DNA from: an uncultured Gemmataceae bacterium | Lineage (GTDB): Bacteria; Planctomycetota; Planctomycetia; Gemmatales; Gemmataceae | Direction of reading: 5' to 3' | Length of the DNA stretch: 64,000 nt | NCBI GenBank assembly: GCA_963750165.1 | Contig: CAVVPN010000003.1 | Span: 1,760,001-1,824,000, forward strand | Part shown: positions 29,426 to 38,797 of the stretch, in pieces | Layout: every line of letters begins with the position of its first letter | Numbering within the stretch: the stretch's first letter is position 1 | Notes under the pieces: generated by a model | Told to the model about the DNA's origin: nothing | Database searches by the model: none | Seen by the model: only the letters and a program-made list of their open reading frames with translations | Position numbers and translations under genes: made by a program

Positions 29426-29547
29426 TTGACACAGGCGGTTTTTTCGGATTCCTGGGAAAAACCTGAAAGTCCGGAGCATCAACTGGCCGATTAACCTTGT
29501 AGAATTGTTAAGTGACGATCCCCTTCCTACCGCCCCAGGGAAGTATC

Positions 29548-29835
29548 ATGGTAGGATTCACACTCCCCCCCACAAGCGTGCTGCGTCTGTGGAACTGGAT
29601 CAGTTCACTCCTCCAGCGCCGGCTGCCGCGCGCGACCGAGGAGCACAGCACGGGTGCGCAAACCCTGTCCACCCGGTTGTCCTTCACAACCGCCGCCTGC
29701 TCGGCCAGGACCGAAATCTCCGGCCTCACCAAAACCGAGGCCGAAGATTTGCTCGACTGGCTGGAGGCCAACGGCGATGACCGCTGGGAGTTGAAGGGGA
29801 TCACTGGCACGGGCTTCGTCCTGCGCCGCCGGTAA
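29548..29835 (+). CDS. Small hypothetical protein (LTKTEAEDLLDWLE motif)
   Basis: Coding-like codon use in the 3' half; TATAAT at 29396-29401; start codon uncertain. Confidence 0.55.
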   Translation: MVGFTLPPTSVLRLWNWISSLLQRRLPRATEEHSTGAQTLSTRLSFTTAACSARTEISGLTKTEAEDLLDWLEANGDDRWELKGITGTGFVLRRR

Positions 29836-29849
29836 TTCGTGGTGTGTCC

Positions 29850-29902
29850 GAGCCCGAGCGCCAGCGCGGAGCCTGCTGTGCCCCGCGCTGGCGCTCGGGC
29901 TC
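29850..29902. repeat. Family A palindrome
   Basis: GAGCCCGAGCGCCAGCGCGG...CCGCGCTGGCGCTCGGGCTC between convergent genes. Confidence 0.88.
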
Positions 29903-29920
29903 CCAGAAACACAAACCATT

Positions 29921-31018
29921 TCACCCCGCCTTCCGCTCGAACTGCTCACGCAGTGTCGTGATCTGCTGGCGCCGCAGCGCCTCCGGCGCGTACGGGTCGA
30001 AGATGACCGGCCCGCGCAGGATTTGCCGCAAGACCTCGAACGCCTGGCGGCGGATTTCCAGGTCGCGCCGCTCCAGGGCCTCCAGCAGCGCCGGCAGCGC
30101 CGCCGGGCCGCGCTCGATCAGCTCCCCCACCGCGGTCGAATGCTCCGGCCCCTTGAGGCGCTCGATGGAGCGGTAGATCAACTCCTGCTCCAGAACGCGC
30201 TGCACCGCCGGCTCCGCTGGCTTCTTCTCCGCCGCCGGCTCGGCCGCTGGCGCCGGCCCGGTCCCGAAGGTGTCGTCGCTGAAGCCGTGGCCGAGGTACT
30301 CGCTGATGGCGATCGGGTCGCGGATGATCTCCTGCGGTGAGCCGTGCGTCCGCACGGTGCCGTCCTTGATGAGATAACTGCGGTCGGTGATCTTCAACGC
30401 CTCACGGACATTGTGGTCGGTCAGCAGCATACCGATGCCCTGGTCGCGCAGCGAGCGCACAATGGTGCGGATGTCGGCGATGGTGATCGGGTCGATGCCG
30501 GTGAACGGTTCATCGAGCAGGATCAGCAGCGGTTCGCACACCAGGCAGCGGGCGATCTCCAGGCGGCGCTTCTCGCCACCGGACAGGCGAGCGGCGTAGC
30601 TCTTGCGGACGTGGTTGAGGCCGAACTGCGTCAGCGCCTCGTCGGTGCGGTCCCAGCGCTCCGAGCGCGTCAGGCGGCGGCCGACGCTGCGGATGTACGG
30701 CGCCATCTCCAGGATCGCCAGGATGTTCTGCTCGGCGGTGAGCTTGCGGAAGATGCTGTGTTCCTGCGGCAGATAACCCATGCCGCGCCGCGCCCGCTGA
30801 TACATGGCCAGCGAGGTGACGTCCTCACCGTTGAACCAGATTTGACCGCCGTTGGGTGTCAGCTGACCGGTGGTCATGCGGAAACTGGTGGTCTTGCCGG
30901 CGCCGTTGGGCCCGAGCAGGCCGACGATCTCGCCGGCGTCCACGTCATAGTTGACGCCGTTGACCACCCGGCGGCGGCCGAAGTCCTTGATGAGTCCGCG
31001 CACTTCCAGCAGGGCCAT
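29921..31018 (-). CDS. lptB: LPS export ABC ATPase LptB with C-terminal HEAT-like extension
   Basis: GLLGPNGAGKTT, GYLPQEHSIFRKLT, LSGGEKRRLEIAR, LLDEPF.GIDP, TDHNVRE. Confidence 0.9.
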   Translation of the reverse strand: MALLEVRGLIKDFGRRRVVNGVNYDVDAGEIVGLLGPNGAGKTTSFRMTTGQLTPNGGQIWFNGEDVTSLAMYQRARRGMGYLPQEHSIFRKLTAEQNILAILEMAPYIRSVGRRLTRSERWDRTDEALTQFGLNHVRKSYAARLSGGEKRRLEIARCLVCEPLLILLDEPFTGIDPITIADIRTIVRSLRDQGIGMLLTDHNVREALKITDRSYLIKDGTVRTHGSPQEIIRDPIAISEYLGHGFSDDTFGTGPAPAAEPAAEKKPAEPAVQRVLEQELIYRSIERLKGPEHSTAVGELIERGPAALPALLEALERRDLEIRRQAFEVLRQILRGPVIFDPYAPEALRRQQITTLREQFERKAG

Positions 31019-31127
31019 GGTCGGTCCTCCCTGACCGCGTTCCGCTTCCCCCACGGCGTATACCCCATCGGCGGGAAATGGGCAAGAGCGATTGAGTGGC
31101 CCACCACGTTAGCGCGTGTGGCGTCCG

Positions 31128-31162
31128 GGCGTGGCGGCACGTTTCCAACGTGCCGCCACGCC
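31128..31162. repeat. REP-like hairpin downstream of the sigma factor gene
   Basis: GGCGTGGCGGCACGTT-TCC-AACGTGCCGCCACGCC. Confidence 0.7.
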
Positions 31163-31178
31163 AGCCCCGGCCGGATAC

Positions 31179-32632
31179 TCACGGCTTCAACTTCTTTTGC
31201 GGATTCGGGGCGGTCGGCGGTGGCGGGAGCTGTGGGGGAGGGGGCAAGACAACGGCCGGCTGGGCGAGCGGCACCGCGTAAGCTGGTACGACCGGGGCCG
31301 GGCGCGGCTCGGGGGCCGGCAGTCGCAGGACCAGCGTGCCCTCCCGGATCAGGGCCAGGTGCCGCGGGTCGATCTCCCCGCCCTGCGCCACCAACGTCAG
31401 CACCTCGCGCTTCAGCCGGGCCGCCAATTCCTTGGCGGAGATGTCCTTGCCGCCAGCCTCGACCGCCTGAACCCGGTCGGCGTCGAAGTGCATGGTCGTC
31501 ACGCGGTCGCTGGTGCGGTAGCCGGTCACCGTCCGGCCCTGGCCGTCCATCACCGTCACCGGCTCCGCGACGTTCATGCGCAGCCGCACCGCGAGTTTGC
31601 CGTCCCGGTCGATCTTGACCAGGGCCGGGGTCAGGATCGGGCCGCGGGGTAGGCGGCGGTCGTCCGCACCGGCGGCCCTGGGCGGCTGCACCGCGGGGGG
31701 CTGGGCCGCGGGCGGCTGCGGCGCGGCGAGGGGCGGCCTTTGGGGTTCCGCCGGGGCCGCCATCGTCCCGCAGGTGACGGTCGCCACCGCCAGCCCGATC
31801 AGGCCGGCGGTCAGAAGAACGCCCAGCACCGCTTGCAGTTTTTTCAGCACCATGTCCATTGCCATCCTTTCCATGAGGTGCGCGACCGGGGCAGCAACCA
31901 CCCCGGCCGCCGGTTGTCCGGCCGCGACCCACGTCGCGGCCCTGGCTGTCGCTGCCGCCAGCGCGACCGGCACGGCCGCGGGCGCCACGCCCTGACTGGC
32001 CACCCATCCGGCCAACGCCCCGGCCGGAGTCAGACCGCGGCGGCCAAGGCGGCGTGCCAGCAACGCCCGTGCCCGCGTCAGCCGCGTGGCCACCGTGCCC
32101 TCCGGCCAGCCGAGATGCCGGGCCGCCTCCCTGCGCGTCCGGCCTTCCAGGTCGCAGAGCACCAGCGGTGCCCGGTACTTCTCGGGCAGCCGTTCCAGCT
32201 CCCCGTCCAGCAGGGGCCGCAGATCCGAACCAACCTCGGCCGGGGCCGCCACCGACCTGCGGAGTTCGCCCACCCGCCGTTCCCGCGCCTGCGCCGCAGA
32301 TTGACGGTCCGCGCCTTGAGGGCAGTGCGGTGAGCGACGCCGTACAGCCAGTTGCCGACCATGTGGGCGGGGCGGACGGACGCCGCCCGCCGGACCAGGA
32401 CAAGGAAGGTGGCCTGGAAGGCGTCCTCGGCGTCGGGGCCGTCGCGCAGGACGCGGCGGCAGACGCCCAGCACCATGGGGCCGTGGCGCAGCAACAGCGC
32501 CTCGAAGGCGGCCTCGTCACGGTACGCGGCGAAGCGTTCGAGCAACTGGCCGTCGGTCAGGCCGGCCAGTTCCCGGCCCAGTACTGCCCGGCGGAGCCGG
32601 CGAAAGACGGTATTCATTGGACTGATTGGCAC
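31179..32632 (-). CDS. ECF sigma factor with TM anchor and C-terminal extension; frameshift ~32290
   Basis: TDGQLLERF, DAEDAFQATFLVLVRRA, WLYGVAHR, LPEKYRAPLVLCDLEG, GWPEGTVATRL; GGAGG + GTG. Confidence 0.9.
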
Positions 32633-32821
32633 GTGCTTCCCTCCCTGGTGACGCCTCCCTGCGTTCTCTACATATCCATTGCCCGACCGGCCGCCGCCGG
32701 TTTTCTTTTTTCCTCTGGACCTGGCCGCGTCTGGTTGTGACGCGACCGCCATCCAGTCGTCTACAATGATGCCAGCGTCCGCACGCTGACCAAACCGGCC
32801 CCCCTGGGAAAGGAGAATCCC

Positions 32822-35367
32822 ATGAACCCAATCCTGGCCGTCGGCCTCGGCATGGCATTGCTCGGGCTCGGCGCCGCTCCAGCAATCATCCCACCCAACA
32901 ACGCCGTCCGCGCCCTGGTCCGCCGCGACGCCCACGGCGACCCGCTGCCGCCCGGAGCGCTGGCCCGCCTGGGCCGCGTGGACCTCGGCCGACACGGTAG
33001 CGACATCCGTTGCCTGGCGGTGTCGCCGGATGGGCGACGGGTGGCTACCGGCAGTGCCGACCGCAGCGTTTGCGTGTGGGACGCGGCCACGGGCCGGGAA
33101 CAGCGGTGCTGGTCGGCCCATGGCGCCGGCGTGCGGGCGCTGGCCTTCGCGCCGGATGGCAAGGCTCTCGCTTCCACCGATGGCGAAACGGTGCGCGTGT
33201 GGGACGCGGCCACGGGCAAACAGCTTGTCGAACTGGATCGGCAGGACGGTGTCTACCACGTCCTGGCTTTCTCCCCGAACGGCAAGACCCTGGCCACCGG
33301 CGCCCTGTTTGGGGAGCGCAGGTTGCGCCTCTGGGACGCGGTCACCGGTCGCGAATGCGGACCCTGCTTTGCCTGCGGCAGCGCCGTGATGGGGCTGGCC
33401 TTCTCGGCGGACGGCCGACGCCTGTTCGCGGCCTCGACCGCCCTCTGGATTGGCTGCTGGTCCGTGGACAGCGGCGCGGAAATCGTGACGCCTGGACACC
33501 ACCAGAGCGCAGTGCAGGTGCTGCGCGCGCGCCGGACGGCAAGACGTTCGTCAGTGCCGACACCGGCGGCCAGGTGTGCGTCTGGGACGCGACCACGGGC
33601 CGGCTGAAGCGCCAGTGGCAGGCCCACGTCCGGCCCGTGACGGCCCTGGCGTTTGCCGACGACGGCGCCACGCTGGTGACGGCCGACGCCCGCGGCGAAC
33701 TGGCCCTCTGGAATCCCGCCACGGGCAAGGGCCGCCGCCGGTTGGAACTGCCCGGCGCCAGTGCGGTCGGGATCGCCGGAGCGGGTCGTTGGTTGATCGC
33801 CGGCAGCAGCTCGGGGCGGCTGTGCCGCTGGGAAATCCCCACCGGGGCTGAGCAGACGCCGCCGTCGGTCAGCGCCCCGCTCCAGGCCGTGATGTTCGTC
33901 GCGGACGGTCGTCTGGCCACGGTGACCGACCGGGATGTTCGCGGTTGGAACGAAGCCGGCCCGCAGACGGGCCAGGTGCTGGCGAAAGCCGTCCCGCGGT
34001 GCGCGGCCACCGCCCCCGTGGCCGGCGTGGTGGTGCTCGCCGAGGGCAAGGAGGACACCCGGGGCAACCGCCTGCGCGTGCTGCGGGCGGACACCGGCAA
34101 GGAACTCCGCACCTGGCCGACGCCGCACGAGGTCCAGCAGGTGTGCTGCTCCACGGACGGTGAAACCATCGTCAGCGTCGGGCCGAAAGAGATCGTGGTG
34201 TGGGACGGCCGCGGCAAAAAACGAACCGACCTGCTCCTTGCAGACGTACTGAAAGAGCCGGCAGACCTGGGCTTCCAGGCCGCGGCCCTGTCCCCGGACG
34301 GTGAGTGGCTGGCATTCGCCGCGGCGACGGGAACGATCCAGGTGCGGAGCCTGCGCCGGGCCATCTGGCAGATTCGGATCGGCGAGCAAGGGCCGGATGT
34401 GAGCAGGGCCGGCTGGCAGATACGGGTCGGCGACCAGGGGCCATATGTGAGCCTGGCCTTTTCGCCGGACGGCCGACTGCTGGCGTCGGTCACGCAGGCC
34501 GGGTTGTTGCAGCTCTGGGAAGTCATCAGCGGGCGGGAGCGGTTGCGTCGGCCCCTGGAGCCCGGTCACCACGGCCCCATGCGCTGGGAACGTGCGGACC
34601 CGAAGGCGACGCCCGCCGCGCTGCTGTTTTCCCCAGACAGCCGCTGGTTGGCCGTGGGAGATGTGCGCCGCGCGGCGTGTGTGCTGGACGTGGCCAGCGG
34701 GCGCGAGGCGCTGTGCCGCCCCGGACACAGGGACACGCTCTCGGGACTGGCGTGGCGTGCCGACGGCCAGGTGCTGGCCTCTGCCAGCCGCGACGGCACA
34801 GCGCTGCTCTGGGATCTGACGCCGCTGATCGCCCGGTCGAAACTGCCGGGGCCGCCGGCCCGAACCGAGGCCGCCCTCTGGGAGGGCCTGGCGTCGGACG
34901 ATGGGGCGACGGCGCACCGCATGATCTGGGAACTGATCGCCGACCCCGACCGGGCCACCGCACTGCTGGACAAAAAGCTCCAGCAGCGGCCGGAGAAGAC
35001 CTTCCAGCAACTGCTCAAGGAAGTCGATAGCCCTGCTTTCAAGGTGCGCGAGCAGGCGACCACGGCCCTGAAGCGGCGCGGCGTTGTGGTCCTGCCGGCG
35101 CTGCGGCAGAAACTGGCCGGGAAGGATTCGTCCCTGGAACTGCGCCGTCGGTTGGAAGGTGTGGTACGATCGATCGAGAGCCAGGCCATCGACCCCGAAA
35201 CGGTGCGCCAGGTGCGCGCCGTGGAGGTACTTGAGCACCTGGGTCAGCCGACGGCCCGCGCCGTGCTGAAGCGCCTGGCCGCGGGCACGCCCGACACCTG
35301 GCTGACCGTGGAGGCCCTGGCCGCCCTGCGGCGTCTGCAACAGCCGTCGTCCGTGGCCGCGCCCTGA
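32822..35367 (+). CDS. Secreted WD40-repeat protein with C-terminal HEAT-like domain; frameshift ~33523
   Basis: Signal peptide, DAHGDPLPPGALARLG, many FSPDG..LA/WD repeats, RAVEVLEHLG. Confidence 0.9.
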
Positions 35368-35392
35368 ACCCCGTCCCCAGGAGGAGCCCGTC

Positions 35393-37870
35393 ATGCAGCG
35401 CCCCCGCCTCTGGCTCTTGACCGCCACTCTGATGCTGGCCTGGACCGGCACCGCCCCGGCGATCATCCCACCCAACAACGCCGTCCGCGCCCTGGCCCGC
35501 TTCGACGCGCACGGCGACTCGCTGCCGCCCGGAGCGCTGGCCCGCCTGGGCCGCGTGGACCGCAGCCGGCACGGCAGTGACATCTGCTGTCTGGCGGTGT
35601 CGCGCGACGGCCGGCTGGTCGCCACCGGCGGCGCTGACGGCAGCCTTTGCCTGTGGGACGCGGCCAGCGGCCGTGAGCGGCGCACCTGGACCGGCCATGA
35701 CGGCCCCCTCCTGGCGCTGGCGTTCAGCCCGGACGGCAAGGCCCTGGCCTCGTCCAGCACGGACCAGCACGTGCGCCTGTGGGACGTGACCACCGGCAAG
35801 CAGACGCTGCGCCTGATCGGTCACAACGGCGTCGCTTATGCGCTGGCGTTCAGCCCGGACGGCGGCCGGCTGCTCACCGGCGGCCAGAGTCTGACGCGCA
35901 CCGTGCGCATCTGGGATCTGACGTTTGGCACGGAACTGGAGCCGATCATCCGCTACACCGGCGTGGTGCGGGCGGTGACGTACACAGCGGACAACCAGGC
36001 CGTGATCGCGGGCGGCGACGATCAGCGGCTGCACTGCTGGTCGCTGCGCACCGGCAAGGAACTGCGGACCTTCGAGGGGCATTCCAGCAACGTAACCGCC
36101 CTGGCCCTGACGCCGGACGGCGCCATGCTGGCGAGCGGCGCTGCGGACGGCGAGGTGCGGCTGTGGCAGACGGCGACCGCCCGGCCGGTGAGGGGGTGGC
36201 AGGCGCACAAGGAGTCGGTGACGGGACTGGCGTACTCGGGCGACGGCCGGTTGCTGGCGTCGTGCGCCACGATAGCTGATGGCGTTCAGGTGTGGGAGGC
36301 GGCGACCGCCAAAGCGCGGGAGAAGTGCTTGCTGGACAGCTTGCCGATCGGGGTGGGCTTCGGCGGCGGCGGCCGGTGGCTGTTCGCCGCCAGTCGTTCG
36401 GGCCGGCTCGGCCGCTGGGAGCTGGCCGCCGCCGGCGCCCGCGACCTGCAAGTCCCGCCGTCGCTTCCCGTGCGGGCCGTGGCCTTCGGCAAGGGCGGCC
36501 AGGTGGTCACCAGCACGGCCCAGTCCTGGCACTGCTGGGATGCGGTCACCATGAAAGAACTGGGCAAAACCAAACTGGGTCAGGCCGAGGACGATGTGGC
36601 AGTGAGCGCCGCCCCGCAGGCGGATTTGCTGGCCCTCTCGGCTTACGACAAACACGTCCGCGGCCGGGTGCAGCTTTTCCAGGCGAGCACCGCGGTACGG
36701 TTGCGCGGCTGGGCACTCCCGAACGTGTTGTCGTGGACCGCGCCGGTCCAGCTGACCGCGGACGGCAAGACGCTCGCCTCCGCGCATCTGGAGCAGGGGT
36801 TCCTGTGGGACACGGCGACGGGAAAACAACTCGCCCGTTTCACCGCCGCGGACGTGCAACCGGGGGGTACGCAACCGTTCCTGGCGTTCGCCCTGTCGGC
36901 CACGGGACGTCGGTTCGCGGCGTCCTTGAACCGCGGCCCTGTCCGCGCCTGGGACGTGCGCACGCGCGGCGCCCTGGCCACGGTTGGCAGCGAGAACAGC
37001 ATGTTCGTGAGGCTCGCTTTTTCCCCGGACGACCGCATACTGGCCACGCTCACGCCAGAGGGCCTGGTGCAGTTCTGGGATCTGGACAACGGGCAGGAGC
37101 GACTGCGGTTGCCGGCGGCGGTGGCGGCGCCACTGCTGTTTTCGCCAGACGGGCGCTGGTTCGCGACCGGCGGCAAGGGCGGCGCGATCCACGTCTGGGA
37201 CCTGTTCACCGGCGCGGAGACGCTGCGCTTCACGGGCCACAAGGACTCCATCAACGCGCTGGCGTGGCGGGCGGACGGCCTGGCGCTGGCCTCCGGCAGC
37301 CGCGACGGCACCGCCCTGGTGTGGGATTTGAAGCCGCTGGCCGACCGACCCATCCCGAAGATCGCGCTGGACGCCCCCTGGACCGACCTGGCGGAAGCCT
37401 CTGCCGCCCGGGCCCACGGGCTGATCTGGGCGCTGACGGCGCGGCCGAAGGAAGTGGTCGCCGAGCTGGACAAACGCCTGCAAGTCAAGGCCATGCCGGG
37501 CAAGGCCGTGGCCCAGCTGATCGCCGAGCTGGACAGCCCACGCTTTCAGGTGCGCGACCAGGCTTCCGCGGAGTTGAAGAAACGCGGCGCCGGGGTGCAG
37601 CCGGTTCTGCAGGAGGCGCTGACGAAGAAGCCGACGCTGGAGGTCCGCCAGCGCCTGGAGAAATTGTTGCAGGAGATTGTCGCGCTGCCGCACAGTCCCG
37701 AGGTCAGGCGGCACGTGCGGGTGGTCGAGGTGCTGGAGCGGATCGGCACGCCGGAGGCCCGCGCCGTGCTGGCGCGGCTGGCGAAGGGGCCGGACGAGCA
37801 GCGCCTGACCCTCGAAGCTCGCGCCGCCCTGGAGCGCTTCGGCCGACGGTGGAGCGTGGCGGCGCCGTGA
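35393..37870 (+). CDS. Secreted WD40-repeat protein, tandem paralogue
   Basis: Same architecture; intact 825-aa ORF; GGAGGAG RBS. Confidence 0.93.
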   Translation: MQRPRLWLLTATLMLAWTGTAPAIIPPNNAVRALARFDAHGDSLPPGALARLGRVDRSRHGSDICCLAVSRDGRLVATGGADGSLCLWDAASGRERRTWTGHDGPLLALAFSPDGKALASSSTDQHVRLWDVTTGKQTLRLIGHNGVAYALAFSPDGGRLLTGGQSLTRTVRIWDLTFGTELEPIIRYTGVVRAVTYTADNQAVIAGGDDQRLHCWSLRTGKELRTFEGHSSNVTALALTPDGAMLASGAADGEVRLWQTATARPVRGWQAHKESVTGLAYSGDGRLLASCATIADGVQVWEAATAKAREKCLLDSLPIGVGFGGGGRWLFAASRSGRLGRWELAAAGARDLQVPPSLPVRAVAFGKGGQVVTSTAQSWHCWDAVTMKELGKTKLGQAEDDVAVSAAPQADLLALSAYDKHVRGRVQLFQASTAVRLRGWALPNVLSWTAPVQLTADGKTLASAHLEQGFLWDTATGKQLARFTAADVQPGGTQPFLAFALSATGRRFAASLNRGPVRAWDVRTRGALATVGSENSMFVRLAFSPDDRILATLTPEGLVQFWDLDNGQERLRLPAAVAAPLLFSPDGRWFATGGKGGAIHVWDLFTGAETLRFTGHKDSINALAWRADGLALASGSRDGTALVWDLKPLADRPIPKIALDAPWTDLAEASAARAHGLIWALTARPKEVVAELDKRLQVKAMPGKAVAQLIAELDSPRFQVRDQASAELKKRGAGVQPVLQEALTKKPTLEVRQRLEKLLQEIVALPHSPEVRRHVRVVEVLERIGTPEARAVLARLAKGPDEQRLTLEARAALERFGRRWSVAAP

Positions 37871-38022
37871 GGTTGACGGGCTCCGAAGCGAGCGCTGCCT
37901 TTTGCGCGGCAATTTGTTTGGTGTCCAGTGGCCGGGGCGAGTACACTACCCCTACACGAAGACGGCCGTCACCGCGACGGCCGCGCCGAAACTCGTGTTC
38001 CCACCTTTTGCGGAGGTCGTGC

Positions 38023-38553
38023 ATGCGACTCGTGCTTTCCACAGCGTTGGCGTTGACCCTCCTGACCGGCGTGGCCGGCGCCCAGGATGCCCCCAAGCAG
38101 GCTCCCAGGGTCGTCCTGCAATCCCCCGACGGCAAGAAAACTTACGATTTGCAGAAGCTGGTCAAGAACGGCCCGGTGCTGGTGCGGCTGACCTGCGCCT
38201 GCTCCGGCTGCGACCTGGAACTGCCCTACTTCCAGAAGTTGCAGGCCGCCTACAACGGCAAGCTCCAGACCATCGCCGTCTTCCGCGAGAAGGCCGAGGC
38301 CCTTGAGAGCTACGCGGTCAAGAAGGACCTCAAGTTCATGTGGCTGTCCGATCCCAAGGGCCAGCTGTGGAAGACGTTTGACTCCACCGCGATGCCGACC
38401 AACATCCTGATCGACAAGGGCGGCCGGGTCGTCCGCATCGTGCCCGGCTGCACCCGCGACGGCAAGAACGCCCAGGTGCTCTCCCAGGAGATCGCCAATA
38501 TCCTGCAAGTGCCGGTCGCCCAGATTACCGAGACCAAGACGCCGAAGAAGTGA
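38023..38553 (+). CDS. Exported redoxin (TlpA/AhpC-TSA-like)
   Basis: Signal peptide, CACSGC..ELPYFQ, LSDP, MPTNILIDKGG. Confidence 0.85.
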   Translation: MRLVLSTALALTLLTGVAGAQDAPKQAPRVVLQSPDGKKTYDLQKLVKNGPVLVRLTCACSGCDLELPYFQKLQAAYNGKLQTIAVFREKAEALESYAVKKDLKFMWLSDPKGQLWKTFDSTAMPTNILIDKGGRVVRIVPGCTRDGKNAQVLSQEIANILQVPVAQITETKTPKK

Positions 38554-38572
38554 ACCCAGGTTCTCTGTCCTG

Positions 38573-38632
38573 TCGTGGGGCAGACATTCCTGTCTGCCAG
38601 GTGTTCGGCAGACAGGAATGTTTGCCCCACGA
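38573..38632. repeat. REPIN: GTGGGGCAGACATTCCTGTCTGCC plus its inverted copy
   Basis: GTGG foot + palindrome doublet; the same REP occurs inside the GT2 gene at 57153-57176. Confidence 0.9.
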
Positions 38633-38797
38633 GCCAGCCGCCCAACCCACCGACCCGGCCGCCGACTACCCAGCTTACGGGTCCGGCGGCCGGGTCGCGG
38701 TGTTCCCCGGTTCGCTTCGGCTTGTAAGAACCGCACCCCTTGCTACAATCCGGCCCACTTTGCGTCCCGGCCCGGGCAAGGAGGCGAGCGGACTACG

